Shown: positions 23,976-36,474 of the stretch, piece by piece
Numbering within the stretch: the first letter of the stretch is position 1
How the letters are laid out: the number at the start of each line of letters is the position of its first letter
Program-made: the position numbers and the translations under genes
NCBI RefSeq assembly: GCF_963921235.1
Contig: NC_086108.1
Location: 79,858,001-79,922,000, forward strand
Reading direction: 5' to 3'
DNA length: 64,000 nucleotides
DNA from: Mobula hypostoma
Lineage: Eukaryota
Notes under the pieces: generated by a model
The model's database searches: none
What the model saw: the letters and a program-made list of their open reading frames with translations, nothing else
Told to the model about the DNA's origin: nothing

Positions 23976-25056
23976 TACTGATGGCTGTGGTTTAGTGGGC
24001 TTGTTCACTAATAGTTTTTCTACCAAGGCCATCTTTTAAAATAAAAGTTGACCCCAGTGATGGTGTTAACCCATAGTCTCTCCTTTATAAAGAAGAACCT
24101 CAATGTCTTCGGGTTGGTATCCTTCCAATCTGATCAAAGATAAGTCATAGCGAATGCTGTGAGATGTTGACAGATACATCTCACAGTGATTTTTAACTGC
24201 ACACCCAATTGCTTTCTGCCATGGGGGTGGGATTAAAATCACCCAGCACTCTAGAAATATCAGCAACAAAGTCATGAACATTTCACTTGGTGTTGAAGTA
24301 AATTTCTTTTTAAAGGACATGGTAAGGAAGATGGTGCCAAGGATTGGCACCTCTAAATATTGGGTCTGAGAACAGAAGTTGTAGTGACCCTATCAATAGA
24401 ATTCTAGTAGTTGTCCAATGGTAGTGATGTCTCAAATGTGTGGTTGGTATTTCATTCCTATTTTCAATGATTGTTGAATGCTGATTCTTCTCATTTGGCA
24501 AAATATCTAAAAATTACTCATTGGCTGTCAGCCAGGCCACTAGAAGGAGGGCTTTAGGTAACATATCCCTTAAGGAAAAGAAATCCAGCAAGACCAATCC
24601 TGCCTTTGCAGCAGCACAGTGTGGGTGGGCTGATGCCATTGCTGATTGTTCCAGAAATGTCTACAGGCGTTACCACCTGCACTGAGGGAAGAAGAATTTA
24701 GGAGTTTACCTTAGCAGGATCCAAAGTGGTGAAAGACTGATAAAAAGTACAATTATGAATTATGCCCAAAATAGTTGGTCATAAAAAGGAAAATGAAAAA
24801 TTTTCATTCAAAAGCAGCTAATTTGTCATGAGAAACAGTCATAACAGAATAATTTATTATCTGGAAAAGTCTCGTCTTTCACCAACTGATCCATGGTTTA
24901 GATAGGGAGACGTATACAATTCAGTGAAAAAAGTGTAGGTTGACAGCACGTATGTCACTAAATTGATTGTAATTAGTCATAAAACATATCATTCCGATTA
25001 TGTTCAAAGTTCAAAAGTACATTTATTATCAAAGTATATATCGTCAAATTGCTAGT

Positions 25057-25310
25057 CAGAATCAGAATCTGGTCTATTATCTTTAACTTATATATATTGA
25101 GATTTGTTGTTTTTTGGCAGCAGTACAGGGAAAAGACATAAAATTACCATAAATTGCAAAATAAATAAATAGTTTAAAAAAGGAATAATGAAGTAGTGTT
25201 CATGAGTTTATGAACCGTTCAGAAATCTGATGGCAGAGGGGAAGAAGTTGTACTAAATCGTTGAATGTGGGTGTTCAGGCTCCTGTATCTCCTCCCGGAG
25301 AAGAGGGCAC
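25057..25310 (-). mobile_element. Rex1-like 3' fragment with (ATTCTG)n tail
   Basis: cagaatcagaatc tail, then the antisense ORF end (gttcagaaatctgatggcagaggggaagaag..ttcaggctcctgta). A similar stub lies at ~52383-52480. Confidence 0.6.
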
Positions 25311-26699
25311 GTCATTTTAGTTATATTTCCCCATTTGACTTAAAAGTAGTTAATGTTGCATACTCGTGCCATCTTTATTATATGCTAGAACTATTGAAAG
25401 AAGATTGCTTTCAAAGAATGATCTTATTGGGGACTTAGTTTCATAGAGTCAGGGAAGGAATACATGTATGCAAGAAATTGTGAAGTCTTACAGATTTTAA
25501 GGTAGTTATTGAAGAGTGAAATCTATTTCTCTTGAAATGAATAGCTTGTTATAAAACTTGGCTGTGATACACCATATGTTTGTGTTTTTGCAAAGTAATT
25601 TGAAAGACACTTCATTTAACATTTTTATGAAATAGAAGTTGTCAGCTTTATACACTAGAATTTATATTAGAATATTATCATAGATTTTAGCTGAAATGTC
25701 TTTTTACTCCTTTAAGTAAACTGCTGCAGATATTTTCTTATTTGGAAGAAATAGGCTGCCACGCTTTAAGTAAATACCTTGAAGTCATTTAGAAAGAGCA
25801 GACTGTGTGGGTTATGAATGACTCTGGCTGATATACTTGAACAGTAGGTGGCAAACAAGCTTCGTCAATAAATCTGAAAGAATCAGCTAGTGAAAAGAGG
25901 TCCATTCATAACTGTGGCTCAGAAATACAACCCACCTACACTCAACTCCCCCACTCCAGAGCCCACACCATGCCAAATAAACACTTAATTTTCTTAGAAG
26001 GAATAAGAAAATTCAAAAGCAGAATATTAAGAATGAAAAGTTGTTGCTCCCAATTTTGTCCGAGAAGTGTTTTAATGTTTATTTCTTAGCAGTGGCATTC
26101 ATGCATTCTATAACTTAGAGTTGCTAGTTAAGTATTGCAAATGAAGGTTGTTCCCTTTGATTGCTATATAAATCCATTATTCCCTCCTCTACAGCCTCTG
26201 CTGAATTACCTGATCTCACTTCATGAAAGGGGAGCCTCCAGAAGGGTAGACCCCTGTAGTTATCTTTGATGCCTATCCAGAAATTTGACAAAGATAATAA
26301 CACCCACAATATTGAATGCTGCCCAACAGGTCAATACCAATATTTATGCTTTATGCCAAAGGTGCTTGGAATTGGCAGAAGATGAGAATAGTTGCAGCCG
26401 CAATGGATTCCATTCTAAAATGGCCCATTGACAGCTGCTGTCCAGGGAATCACTGGAAAGGTGAGAAAAGTAACTGAAGGCAGCCTGTGTCTGTAGAACT
26501 GTACACTGAAAAGAAATGAGAGGGTGGCGGTTAGTGTGGGGTGGTGGTGGGGGAGAAACAAAATAAAAGTGCAAAAATAAATTAAACTAGTATTTTTTTT
26601 GCTACTTGCTCTGACTGCCCACTCATCCACATTAATTGAATGTAATCAGAGCTAAATCTGAGTTGATTTCAGAAGAATCACAGCTAAGAACAGGGTATC

Positions 26700-27075
26700 T
26701 CATGTGGGGAACCTGTTTGAAACCTACTGAATACTGAAATGCTCAGACAGAGTAGATGTGGTGAGAACGTTTCCTATGGGGCAGAGTCTCAGAACAGAAG
26801 GACATCCCTTTAGAACAGAGATTAGGAAAAAATTCCGTAGCTGGAGGGTAGTGCATCTGTGGAACATATTGTCACAGTCGGCTATGGAGGCCAAGTCATT
26901 GGGTATATTCAGAGTGGAGCTTGACAGGCTCTTGATTAGTCAGGGCATGAAATGTTATAGTGAAAAGGCAGGAGAATGGGGTTGAGGGGGAAACTAATTT
27001 AGCCATGATCTAGTGGTGGAGCAGACCCGATGGACTGAATAGCCTAATTCTGTTCCCATGTCTCATGGTTTTATA
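26700..27075 (+). mobile_element. Decayed CR1 3' fragment
   Basis: ORF 26758-26985 (GHPFRTEIRKKF..RVVHLWN) and a CR1 3' UTR. Confidence 0.8.
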
Positions 27076-27303
27076 TGGATCAAATTGAAGCAAAATTTAG
27101 AAGTAGTGAACTTTCTGACTGACGTTTGGCCTGGCATCATCTAGTAAGAACAATAATGAACTTGTTATGATTGCTATAATAATTAACATAGCCTTGTATA
27201 GAAGGCTTCCTATTGGGCATGGAAGACAAGATTCTATTGCTATACTACATAAAACCTCACTTTTCAAATGGCATCTTTGAAGACTTTTATTGGGTGGCAA
27301 AGA

Positions 27304-28052
27304 CATTGGATTCCAGTTAATTGGGCCATCTGTTAATTGGGACAGTCACTTATTTGGGACAATTCCTAAAGGACAAAAGCTAATCACGAAAATTGCCAGG
27401 ATTCCCTTTGGTTATTAGGACTCGATGCCACTTAATTGAGACTGCTGCCAAACAGTTACTAACTAGTGTCAGATGCCTGCTCTTGTGTGGCCGTTAGACA
27501 CTATACCATGGATAGGACGAACAGTTTTTAAATGGCGTCAGTTACATGTGCTTATGTTCACAAAGCAGTCATTTTTGTCACTGATAGTTGACGAGAAATA
27601 AGCACTAAAACAATTCAGAACTGTTTTGCTCATTGTGGTTTCAATCATTCAGTCGTGGAGATGACAGAGAAGTCCAGGAGTGAAAATAAAACAATTTTAT
27701 TACTTCAACAAGTTAGGACTACAAAGAATTTGAAGGTACCAATGATCATCTTGAATGCACGGAGTCTGTGCATTTACAGTCAATCAAAAGGACGTGGCAG
27801 CTTATAAGTACGCTGGATGAATTCCTCCATTGATAACAAATAAGAATTGATACACAGTTTTATAGTACCGTTGCAGTGTTAATATGGCTCTAATTTATTC
27901 TGTATTTTATTTAAATACATAACTTGTTACTCAGTTAAAGGGTACTTTGTCTTTTTTAACCCTTTTTAATTACTTCCATGGAACTTCAACTAATTAGGTC
28001 AGCTGCATAATTCAGTCAAAATGTACTGGTCCCAATTAACTGAAATCCACTG
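27304..28052 (+). mobile_element. pogo/Tigger-like non-autonomous DNA transposon with both TIRs
   Basis: 22-bp TIRs at 27304-27325 and 28031-28052 match at 20/22 positions, with TA at 28053-28054. Internal TIQNCFAHCGF (~27610) is a Tigger DDE C-terminal motif. Confidence 0.85.
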
Positions 28053-29099
28053 TAGTTATTAAAGTTGCCAATAAAGGCAGATGATCTTATTATTGATCTA
28101 CATCCCACTTTTTGTTGTCTTTCAAACTGCCTGGTGCTTGTAGAAAGTATGCTGCTTGTGACCTCTCAAATGTTAGTCACCATTGGAAAGCAGAACTCAT
28201 GCAATATGAACTCACACATTGGGGAAAGGGCTGCCTTCCATAATTGTGCTGAGCGAGGATTTCAGTGGAATCAGCCAGATGTCTGGATGGGGAAAGACAA
28301 AGCAAGGTTGGCATTCCCCTCTGTGGAAGGTGAGGTGAAGCTAACATTTGAGGTAGATGAACCGAAGATAATTGACGCAGAATTATTACGTGTGCTTTTC
28401 TCTCTACAGAGACGTGGCTGAGTACTTCCAGCATTTTCTGCTTTATTTTGATTCCTAGCATCTGTAGAATGTTGCTTTTGTGTGTTCACCTGCTGTAACC
28501 TGCTTCCCCCCTACACTTCATATGCAACTAGTGACTGAGGTAGAAGACCATGAATTCCAAGGGTCCTAGTGGAATTTTTTTTCTTTCAGCCTATGTTATA
28601 ACTGTATCTGTACATTTCCCAGAGCACTTCAGCAGCCGATGCATTCTGTTCCTAACTGCATATATACTTATGGCCCAGAAGCCTGCCAAAGCCTTCATAG
28701 GATCTTGATTTCTTATCCTTAAGCTGTCTCTGTCCCTTGAAGGTGTCTTTTCGAATGTAACAGTAAATGGGCTTTCCTCCTTTGCTCTGACGTCTTTGTT
28801 CATTTCATAGTGATCCTGGAGGTAGATAGCTTGATGCTGAGGTATATATTAAAGGTCATGTGCTGTAGTGCTTCCTCTTCATAAAAACTCAAGCGGTAAA
28901 AGAAAATCCTTCATAGAGGGAATGGTTGAGGGGTAGAATCAATCCAGTTGATAGCTGTTGGGTTGAATCTGTAATGTACAACAGTCAAGGTGTTAAAAAT
29001 ACAACTCAGAAAATGTCACCAATGAAAGGAACATAGTCAGCCATGGTAAGATCAGGATTATAATATAAGGAATCATTATGATATTTGGGATCATGACCA

Positions 29100-29575
29100 T
29101 ACAATTAAAATTGGATAATCTGCAGTCCCATTGTTTGGAAACCTTGATAAATCAGCATCTTGCTCACTGGGTTCTATTTCCTGAGCTTCCTTTAAATTCA
29201 TCAGTCCCATTTCTCACACTCGTCAGGACCATTGGCCAATGTTCCCTTTAAATTACCAAACACTGTTAACTATGCTCTCCTTAAACTTGTTGGACCCTAT
29301 TCCCTGTCTTCCCTTTAAACACACCAGAGTCCTTTTCCCTATGCTCTCTCTAAATTTTGTTGCACCTTGTTTCCCACACTTCCTTTAAACTTTCTGGGGC
29401 CCCATTTTCAGCTCCGATTATACCATGTTTACTGGAAAATATATTATTCTACTCTATGATATCTAAAAATAATTAAAGTAGTGTTAGTTTAGTAAGAGGA
29501 ATAGTATTCATTTCTCTGGAAAATGTGACAGTCTGGCACCACCAATTGATTGTGTGGGATTATCAGAGTTCCATG
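29100..29575. mobile_element. Old MITE-like element with internal ~34-bp degenerate tandem repeat
   Basis: GGATAATC and GGATTATC ends. CCTTTAAA-like units at ~29191, 29247, 29281, 29314, 29350 and 29384. Related to 53138-53448. Confidence 0.5.
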
Positions 29576-30039
29576 CCCTATAAATTTTGGACTTGCTACT
29601 GAATTCAAGTAACATTTTAATGCCATGAATAAAGGCATCTTTATCTAAAGTGAAAGGGAAATTTGGAAGATCGGCTGGCCTTGTGCAACACAACTTTGAG
29701 AAAATGGATTATGACTAGACTTGCCCTGTAGATAAGAAAAGTAAGTGACATGAAAAAGTTACCAAAGAAAGGAAAACACCTTTTAAAATGTAATAATGTT
29801 AGAGCAAGGTGGAAATTGTTTATTCAGCTATACTGTTAGTTTCCACTGTCTCATATGTATTGCTGTAATTTTATGTCTCTGTAATTTTGAGCTGGTCACT
29901 TTGAATAAACCTCTATAAAAAGGCAAATGAGTTGTATTGATTCTAATTGGTGAAGGTTGGTTTCTCCAGCAAGGTGAAAGATTTAACTCACAACACGCTG
30001 GAGGACCTCAGCAGGTGGGGCAGCATCCATGGAAACGAT

Positions 30040-30077
30040 CAGTCAACGTTTCAGTCCGGAACCTTTCATCAGGACTG
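30040..30077 (-). ncRNA. Minimal type I hammerhead ribozyme of the PLE terminus
   Basis: Minus strand reads CAGTC-CTGATGA-A-AGGTTCCGGACT-GAAA-CGTT-GACTG. Stem I is CAGTC/GACTG, the core is intact, and a palindromic AACGTT replaces helix III. Confidence 0.75.
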
Positions 30078-30359
30078 AAGAGAGAAGGGGCAGAGACCCT
30101 TTAAAGAAGTTGGGGGGAGGGTGGGAAGGAGAAGACTGCTAGGTTCCAGGTGAAAAACCAGTGAGGGGAAAGATAAAGGGGTGGGGGAGGGGAGGCAGGG
30201 AGGTGATAGGCAGGAAAGGTGAAGAAAGAATAGGGGAAAACACAATGGGTAGTAGAAGGAGGCAGAACCATGAGGGAGGTGACAGGCAGCTGGGGGAGGG
30301 GGCAGAGTGACATAGGGATAGGGGAAGGGAGGGGGAGGGAATTACTGGAAGTTAGGGAA

Positions 30360-30886
30360 TTACTGGAAGTTGGAGAATTCTATGTTCATACCAAGGGGCT
30401 GGAGACTACCTAGACAGTATATGAGGTGTTGCTCCTCCAACCTGAGTTTAGCCTCATCATGGCAGTAGAGGAGGCCATGTATGGATATATCTGAATGGGA
30501 GTGGGAAGCAGAGTTGAAGTGGGTGGCAACCGGGAGATCCTGTCTGTTGTGGCGGACGGAGAGGAGGTGCTCGATGAAGCGGTCCCCCAATCTGCGTCGG
30601 GTTTCACCGATGTAGAGGAGTCCGCACCGGGACCACCAGATGCAATAGATGACCCCAACAGATTCACAAGTGAAGTGTTGCCTCACCTGGAAGGACTGTT
30701 TGGGGCCCTGACTGGTGGCAAGAGAGGAGGTGTAGGGACAGGTGCAGCAATTATGCTTACAGGGATAAGTGCCGGGTGGGAGATCCGTGGGGAGGGACGT
30801 GTGGATCAGGGAGTCGCAGAGGGACCGATCCCTGCGGAAGGCGGAGAGGGGTGGAGAGGGAAAGATGTGCTTAGTGGTGGGGTCCT
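30360..30886 (-). pseudogene. PLE Cys-rich linker and GIY-YIG endonuclease
   Basis: PGTYPCKHNCCTCPY followed by FTCESVGVIYCIWWSRCGLLYIGETRRRLGDRFIEH..VATHF..RLEEQHLI. Confidence 0.9.
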
Positions 30887-33800
30887 AGATAGAAAACATA
30901 GAAAATAGATGCAGGAGTAGGCCATTCGGCCCTTCGAGCCTGCACCGCCATTTATTATGATCATGGCTGATCATCCAACTCAGAACCCTGCACCAGCCTT
31001 CCCTCCATACCCTCTGATCCCCCTAGCCACAAGGGCCATATCTAACTCGCTCTTAAATATAGCCAATGAACTGGCCTCAACTGTTTGCTGTGGCAGAGAA
31101 TTCCACAGATTCACCACTCTCTGTGTGAAGAAGTTTTTCCTAATCTCAGTCCTAAAAGGCTTCACCTTTATCCTCAAACCGTGACCCCTCGTTCTGGACT
31201 TCCCCAACATCGGGAACAATCTTCCTGCATCTAGCCTGTCCAATCCCTTTAGGATTTTATACGTTTCAATCAGATCCCCCCTCAATCTTCTAAATTCCAA
31301 CGAGTACAAGCCTAGTTCATCCAGTCTTTCTTCATATGAAAGTCCCGCCATCCCAGGAATCAATCTGGTGAACCTTCTTTGTACTTCCTCTATGGCAAAG
31401 ATGTCTTTCCTCAGATTAGGGGACCAAAACTGCACACGATACTCCAGGTGTGGTCTCACCAAGGTCTTGTACAACTGCAGTAGTACCTCCCTGCTCCTGT
31501 ACTCGAATCATCTTGCTATAAATGCCAGCTTACCATTCGCCTTTTTCACCGCCTGCTGTACCTGCATGCCCACTTTCAATGACTGGTGTATAATGACACC
31601 CAGGTCTCGTTGCACCTCCCCTTTTCCTAATCAGCCACCATTCAGATAATAATCTGTTTTCCTATTTTTGCCACCAAAGTGGATAACTTCACATTTATCC
31701 ACATTAAATTGCATCTGCCATGAATTTGCCCACTAACCTAACCTATCCAAGTCACCCTGCATCCTCTTAGCATCCTCCTCACAGCTAACACTGCCGCCCA
31801 GCTTCATGTCATCCACAAACTTGGAGATGCTGCATTTAATTCCCTCATCCAAGTCATTAATATATATTGTAAACAACTGGGATCCCAGCACTGAGCCTTG
31901 CGGTACCCACTAGTCACTGCCTGCCATTCTGAAAAGGTCCCGTTTATTCCCACACTTTGCTTCCTGTCTGCTAACCAATTCCCTATCCACATCAATACCA
32001 TACCCCCAATACCGTGTGCTTTAAGTTTGCACACTAATCTCCTGTGTGGGACCTTGTCAAAGGCCTTTTGAAAATCCAAATACACCACATCTACTGGTTC
32101 TCCCCTATCCACTCTACTAGTTACATCCTGAAAAAATTCTATGAGATTCGTCAGACATGATTTTCCTTTCACAAATCCATGCTGACTTTGTCTGATGATT
32201 TCACCGCTTTCCAAATGTGCTGTTATCACATCTTTGATAACTGACTCCAGCAGTTTCCCCACTATCGACGTTAGGCTAACTGGTCTATAATTCCCCGGTT
32301 TCTCTCTCCCTCCTTTTTTAAAAAGTGCAGTTACATTAGCCACCCTCCAATCCTCAGGAACTAGTCTAGAATCTAACGAGTTTTGAAAAATTATCACTAA
32401 TGTATCCATTATTTCTTGGGCTACTTCCTTAACCACTCTGGGATGCAGACCATCTGGCCCTGGGGATTTATCTGCCTTTAATCCCTTCAATTTACCTAAC
32501 ACCACTTCCTTACTAACATGTATTTCGCTCAGTTCCTCCATCTCACTGGACCTTCTGTCCCCTACTATTTCTGGAAGATAATTTATGTCCTCCTTAGTGA
32601 AGACAGAACCAAAGTAATTATTCAATTGGTCTGCCATGTCCTTGTTCCCCATAATCAATTCACTGTTTCTGTCTGTAGGGGACCTACATTTGTCTTTACC
32701 AGTCTTTTCCTTTTTACATATCTATAAAAGCTTTTACAGTCAGTTTTTATGTTCCCCGCCAGTTTGCTCTCATAACCTTTTTTCCCCTTCCTAATTAAGC
32801 CCTTTGTCCTCCTCTGCTGAACTCTGAATTTCTCCCAGTCCTCAGGTGAGCCACTTTTTCTGGCTAATTTGTATGCTTCTTCTTTGGAATTGATACTATC
32901 CCTAATTTCTCTTGTCAGCCACGGGTGCACTACCTTCCTTGATTTATTCTTTTGCCAAACTGGGATGAACAATTGTTGTAGTTCATCCATGTAATCTTTA
33001 AATGCTTGCCATTGCATATCCACCGTCAATCTTCTAAGTGTCATTTGCCAGTCTATCTTAGCTAATTCACGTCTCATACCTTCAAAGTTACCCCTCTTTA
33101 AGTTCAGAACCTTTGTTTCTGAATTAACTATGTCACTCTCCATCTTAATGAAGAATTCCACCATATTATGGTCACTCTTACCCAAGGGGCCTCTCACGAC
33201 AAGATTGCTAATTAACCCTTCCTCATTGCTCAAAACCCAGTCTAGAATAGCCTGCTCTCTAGTTGGTTCCTCGATATGTTGGTTCAAAAAACCATCCCGC
33301 ATACATTCCAAGAAATCCTCTTCCTCTGCACCTTTACCAATTTGGTTCACCCAATCTACATGTGGATTGAAGTCACCCATTATAACTGCTGTTCCTTTAT
33401 TGCATACATTTCTAATTTCCTGTTTAATACCATCCCCGACCTCACTACTACTGTTAGGTGGCCTGTATACTACTCCCACCAGCGTTTTCTGCCCCTTAGT
33501 GTTATGCAGCTCTACCCATATCGACTCCACATCTTCCCGGCTTATGTCCTTCCTTCCTATTGCGTTAATCTCCTCTTTAACCAGCAACGCCACCCCACCT
33601 CCTTTTCTTTCATGTCTATCCCTCCTGAATATTGAATATCCCTGAACGTTGAGCTCCCATCCTTGGTCACCCTGGAGCCATGTCTCTGTGATCCCAACTA
33701 TATCATAATCATTAATAACAATCTGCACTTTCAATTCATCCACCTTGTTACAAATGCTTCTGGCATTGACACACAAAGCCTTCAGGCGCTCTTTTACAAC

Positions 33801-33934
33801 TCTCTTAGCCCTTATACAATTATGTTGAAAAGTGGCCCTTTTTGATGCTTGCCCTGGATTTGTCGGCCTGCCACTTTTACTTTTCTCCTTACTACTTTTT
33901 GCTTCTACCCTCACTTTACACCCCTCTGTTTCTC
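30887..33934 (-). mobile_element. Young CR1 with near-complete ORF2 (APE endonuclease + RT), inserted in the PLE
   Basis: ORF 32655-33914 (VNARSI, GITETW, GDFN, SDH), ORF 31804-32658 ([21 protein letters not shown]) and ORF 30980-31474, with few disruptions. TCCT is duplicated at 30883-30886 and 33935-33938. Confidence 0.96.
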
Positions 33935-33938
33935 TCCT

Positions 33939-36474
33939 GTTGAAGGTGGCAGAAGTTGCGGAGGATAATTATGTTGGATCCGGAGGTTAGTGAGGTGGTA
34001 GGTGAGGACAAGGGGAAATCTGTCCCTGTTGTGGTGGCGGGAGGATGGGGTGAGGGTTGAAGTGTGGGAAATGGAGGAGATGCGGGTGAGGGCTTCATTG
34101 ATGACGGCAGAAGGGAAACCACGATCCTTAAAGAAAGAGGACATTTGAGATGTCCTGGAACGGAAAGCCTCATCCTGGAAGCAGATGCGGCGGAGACGGA
34201 GGAACTGGGAATAGGGAATGGCATTTTTGCATGTGGCTGGATGGGAAGAGGTATAGTCGAGGTAGTTATGAGAGTCAGTGGGCTTGTAGAAGATGTCAGT
34301 GGACAGTCTGTCTCCAGAGATAGAGACCGAGAGATTGAGAAAGGGGAGAGAAGTGAATAGAGTGAAAAGAGAGATAGACCAAGTGAATTTGAGGGCTGGG
34401 TGGAAGTTTGAAGTAAAGTCAATGAAATCGACGAGCTCAGCACGGGTGCAAGAAGCAGCACCAATGTAGTCGTCGATGTAGCGAAGGAAAAGTTGGGGAG
34501 CAGTACCAGAACAGGTTTGGAGCACAGACTGTTCCACATAACCAACGAAGAGGCAGGCAAAGTTGGGTCCCATGCGAGTGCCCATAGCTACACCCTCGGT
34601 CTGAAGAAAGTGGGAAGAGCCAAAAGGAAAGCTATTAAGTGTGAGTACCAGTTCTGCCATCTGGAGGAGGGTAGTGGTGGTGGGGAACTGGTGAGGTCTA
34701 TTGTCCAGAAAGTAGCGGAGGGCTTTGAGGCCCTCTTGATGGGGAATGGAGGTGTATAAGGATTGGACATCCATAGTGAAAATGAAGCGGTTGGGACTGG
34801 GGAACTGGAAGTTATTGAAGAGGTGGAGGGCATGGGATGTAACCCAGATGTAGGTGGGGAGGGACTGAACTATGGGTGACAAAATGGAGTCCAGATAGGC
34901 AGATACAAGTTTGGTGGGACAGGAGCAGGCAGAAACTATGAGTCTACTGGGACAGTCAGGCTTGTGGATCTTGGGGAGGAGGTAAAACCCAGCGGTACGG
35001 GGTGTGGGAATTATGAGTTTAGTGGCTGAGGATGGAAGGTCTCCGGAGTTGATAAGGGTGGTGATGGTGCAGGAGACAATGGTTTGATGTTTTTTGGTGG
35101 GGTCCCGTTCCAGGGGTAAGTAAGAGGAGGTGTCAGAGAGCTGCTGTTTGGTCTCAGTGAGGTAGAGGTCCGTCCGCCAGACTACTACAGCACCACCTTT
35201 GTCTGCGGGTTTGATGGTGAGGTTGGGATTAGTGCGGAGCGAGTGGAGGGCAGTGCATTCAGAGGGAGTGAGGTTGGAACAGGAGAGAGGAGTGGTGAAG
35301 TTGAGACGGTTGATGTCTCGGCGACAGCTGGTGATGAAAAGATCGAGTGCAGGCAGAGGGCCCGGGCGGGGTGTCCAGGAGGAGGAGGAAGGTTGAAGAT
35401 GGGAGAAGGGGTCATCAGTAGGGGGAGGGGAATCCTTGCCAAAGAAGTAGGCTCGGAGACGTAGGTGACGGAAGAAGAGTTCAGCGTCATGGTGGGCACG
35501 GAACTCACTGAGGTGTGGACGGAGGGGGACAAAAGTGAGGCCCTTGCTAAGGACAGAACGTTCTGCCTCAGAGAGGGGAAGGTCAGAGGGGATGGTGAAG
35601 ACACGGCAAGGATTGGGGCTGGGGTCAGAGGAGGTAAAGAGTGGGAGGTCTCAGGAGGGAGAGGGGGGTTGGGATATTCAGGGAGAGTGGGGTTAGGGGA
35701 GGATGAGGGATCAGAGGAATGGAGGGGTGATGAGGGGTAGACGGAAGTTTGGGAGTCGCGGGGAGGATAGAGGGTAGTGGGAGAATAAGACGGGCGGTAG
35801 GACCCAGCGGCAGTAAGAGCGGTCCTGGTCCGGAGAGGGTCGGGACCTCGGTCCGAGCTGGATCCGGAGCTGGGGGTGGCGGAGCCTGTAGCCTGCAGGG
35901 CCTCAGAGCTGAGGTCGGAGTCGGAGGCGAGTGAGTCTATGGCCCACCGGGGGCTGGTGACCATGTCCGGGAGGCCGTGCTTCCAGTCGGGGTCAGAGCC
36001 AGAGGCGGATGGGACTCCGGCCTGCCGAAGGCCTGAGAAGTCGAGGTCTGAGGGGTCGGGGTCTGGGCTGGAGTCGGTCGTCGTCATGGGCTCCAGGCGG
36101 ACGAGCTTGTGGTCCTTCTTGGACGCAAGGAAGGAGAAGAAATGGTGGTTGGAGGCGTGAATCCGGCGGAGAATGAAGTGTAGGAGAGGTCCATGGCAGA
36201 CAGTGGAGAGTGTGGCCCGGAGTGGTGGCAGAGAGAGGGACAGGTCCCGTAGTTATCTCCGTACGGCAGTGAGCGTGGCGTGGACAATCCGACAGGAGCA
36301 GCGGTCAATGAAGCAGAGGTACCTGGGATCCTCGGTGAGCCCGAACTGGAACCAGAGCTGGAATCCCCGCGGTACAAGATGGCGGCGGAGACATGTTCCC
36401 AGGAAGGAGACATGGCTGTGGTAGTGGGTCTGGGTGAGGATCTGGTCGAAGAGTCGGAGAGAGGCAGAGATCAC
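33939..36474 (-). pseudogene. PLE N-terminal region and reverse transcriptase
   Basis: FYLLPKIHK, FTMDVQSLYTSIP, GVAMGTRMGP and FLRYIDD motifs. One stop at 36253-36255 and frameshifts near ~35630 and ~33970. Confidence 0.9.

Noticed and set aside
24000..24710. Possible ancient LINE endonuclease remnant on the minus strand
   Set aside because: Similarity is too degraded to call a family or boundaries by eye.
29160..29410. Regular ~34-bp periodicity as a possible CRISPR array
   Set aside because: The units are degenerate tandem copies without unique spacers, there are no cas genes and the context is eukaryotic.
33911..34882. PLE RT ORF abutting the CR1 EN ORF (32655-33914) as a natural RT-APE fusion
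   Set aside because: The adjacency is the insertion junction (TCCT duplication). The RT ORF runs out of frame into CR1 sequence.
30360..36474. RT next to nucleases and a structured RNA, suggesting a retron, DGR or novel RT defence system
   Set aside because: Fully explained by a Penelope-like element (RT + GIY-YIG + hammerhead) with a nested CR1 (APE + RT).
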